A stretch of 64,000 nucleotides of DNA, taken from NCBI GenBank assembly GCA_965202805.1, contig OZ241869.1:800001-864000 (forward strand). Direction: 5' to 3'. The position numbers and the translations under genes were made by a program. This DNA is from Longimicrobiales bacterium. Lineage in GTDB: Bacteria > Gemmatimonadota > Gemmatimonadetes > Longimicrobiales > Gaopeijiaceae. Position 1 is the first letter of the stretch. Each line of letters begins with the position of its first letter. Shown one piece after another: positions 62,801 through 64,000 of the stretch. Under the pieces are notes generated by a model. That model ran no database searches, was not told the origin of the DNA, and saw nothing but the letters and a program-made list of their open reading frames with translations.

Positions 62801-64000
62801 ATGACGAGCCTGCTCGAAGTGGTGGCGTTCGACTCCTGGATCCTGCACGTGCTGGTGTGGGGTCCGATGGCGGCGATGCTTCACGTATTGCTCGAGCGCG
62901 AGGAACGATCGGGGCACATCGCCTTCGGCTGGACGCTCGCGCTCTTCGTCGTGAGCCTCGGCCTGTGGGGATCCTTCACGGTGGGGGATCCGGGCTTTCA
63001 GATGGCGTCGAGCGTGCCCTGGATCGAAGCCTGGGGCGTCCACTACGCCCTCGGCATCGACGGCATCTCGCTGTTCATGGTGCTTCTGTCCTGCTTCACG
63101 GCCCCGATCACCATTCTCGGCTCGTTCCGCTACATAACCCGTCGCCGGAAGTCCTTCTACGCCCTCATGCTCCTGCTGCAGACGGGCATCATCGGCGTCT
63201 TCACGGCGCTGGATCTGATGCTGTTCTACGTCTTCTTCGAGCTCACCCTGGTACCGATGTACTTCATCGTCGGGGTGTGGGGGGGCAAGCGGCGCATCTA
63301 CGCGGCGGTGAAGTTCTTCCTCTACACGGCGGCGGGATCGCTGCTGATGCTGGTCGGGATCCTCTACCTCTACGCCGCGACGGCATCGGCCGGAGACGGA
63401 TCCTTCGCCTATCTCGACATCCTCGGCGTGTCCCTGTCGATGCGCGAGCAGCTCTGGCTGTTCGCCGCGTTCGCGCTTGCGTTCTCGATCAAGGTGCCGC
63501 TGTTCCCGTTCCACACCTGGCTGCCGGACGCGCACGTCGAAGCTCCCACGCCGGGCTCGGTGGTGCTGGCCGCGATCCTGCTGAAGATGGGCACCTACGG
63601 GTTCCTGCGCTTCCTTCTGCCGTTCTTCCCGGCCGCCTCCCAGCACCCCTCGGTGGTGACCGTAATGCTGGTGCTCGGTACGGCGGGCATCGTGTACGCC
63701 GCCTGGGTCGCCGCCGTGCAGCCCGACGCCAAGAAGCTGGTGGCCTACACCTCCGTGGCCCACATGGGCTTCGTGGTCATCGGCATCTTCGCCCTCACCG
63801 TGACCGGCATCCAGGGGGGGCTGGTGGTGATGATCTCGCACGGCATCTCCACCGGGGCGCTCTTCCTCATCCTGGGCATGCTGTACGAGCGCCGCCACAC
63901 CCGGCTGACCGGGGAATTCGGCGGCCTCGCGCGCGTGGCTCCCATGCTCGCCCTGGCGCTTGTGATCACCGCCCTGGCGTCCATCGGCCTTCCCGGCACG
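62801..64000 (+). CDS. nuoM: NADH-quinone oxidoreductase subunit M (3' end outside window)
   Basis: My translation from ATG 62801 gives LGIDGIS, FYVFFELTLVPMY, IKVPLFPFHTWLPDAHVEAPT and LKMGTYG; the frame is open to the window end. Confidence 0.95.
   Translation, partial: MTSLLEVVAFDSWILHVLVWGPMAAMLHVLLEREERSGHIAFGWTLALFVVSLGLWGSFTVGDPGFQMASSVPWIEAWGVHYALGIDGISLFMVLLSCFTAPITILGSFRYITRRRKSFYALMLLLQTGIIGVFTALDLMLFYVFFELTLVPMYFIVGVWGGKRRIYAAVKFFLYTAAGSLLMLVGILYLYAATASAGDGSFAYLDILGVSLSMREQLWLFAAFALAFSIKVPLFPFHTWLPDAHVEAPTPGSVVLAAILLKMGTYGFLRFLLPFFPAASQHPSVVTVMLVLGTAGIVYAAWVAAVQPDAKKLVAYTSVAHMGFVVIGIFALTVTGIQGGLVVMISHGISTGALFLILGMLYERRHTRLTGEFGGLARVAPMLALALVITALASIGLPGT

Overview
GC-rich bacterial chromosomal segment made almost entirely of core housekeeping genes, mostly on the + strand with many overlapping stop/start codons. 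Gene content and protein style suggest Gemmatimonadota (FCB superphylum); this is an inference. Order: rbfA(3' end)-truB-ribF-pterin dehydratase-rpsO-pnp-M16 peptidase-ald; mreBCD-mrdA-rodA-accD-folC-hisS-2 hypotheticals-proS-lysA-guaA; an OPT transporter and a lipoprotein on the - strand, divergent from clpB; mce, trxA, rsmI; four uncharacterised exported-protein genes (DUF4159-like, DUF4175-like, TPR-like, GATase-like) followed by a JAB-DinG helicase fusion; FAH hydrolase, a TonB-like anchor protein, valS, an Ig-like lipoprotein, selA, iscA-like, MBL hydrolase, purN, purH; a short lower-GC transposase-derived ORF; and the complex I operon nuoA-nuoM, truncated at the window end. No rRNA, tRNA, CRISPR array or prophage was seen. 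The most notable observations are (1) a lipoprotein carrying 22 Bacteroidota-type D-(S/T)-(A/I/L/V/M/T) O-glycosylation sequons, partly in 39-bp tandem repeats, (2) two 17-bp palindromes 31 bp apart upstream of clpB, (3) the exported-protein cluster, and (4) the JAB-DinG fusion with an Fe-S ligand Cys-to-Ser substitution. All product calls come from motif recognition by eye; no database searches were run.
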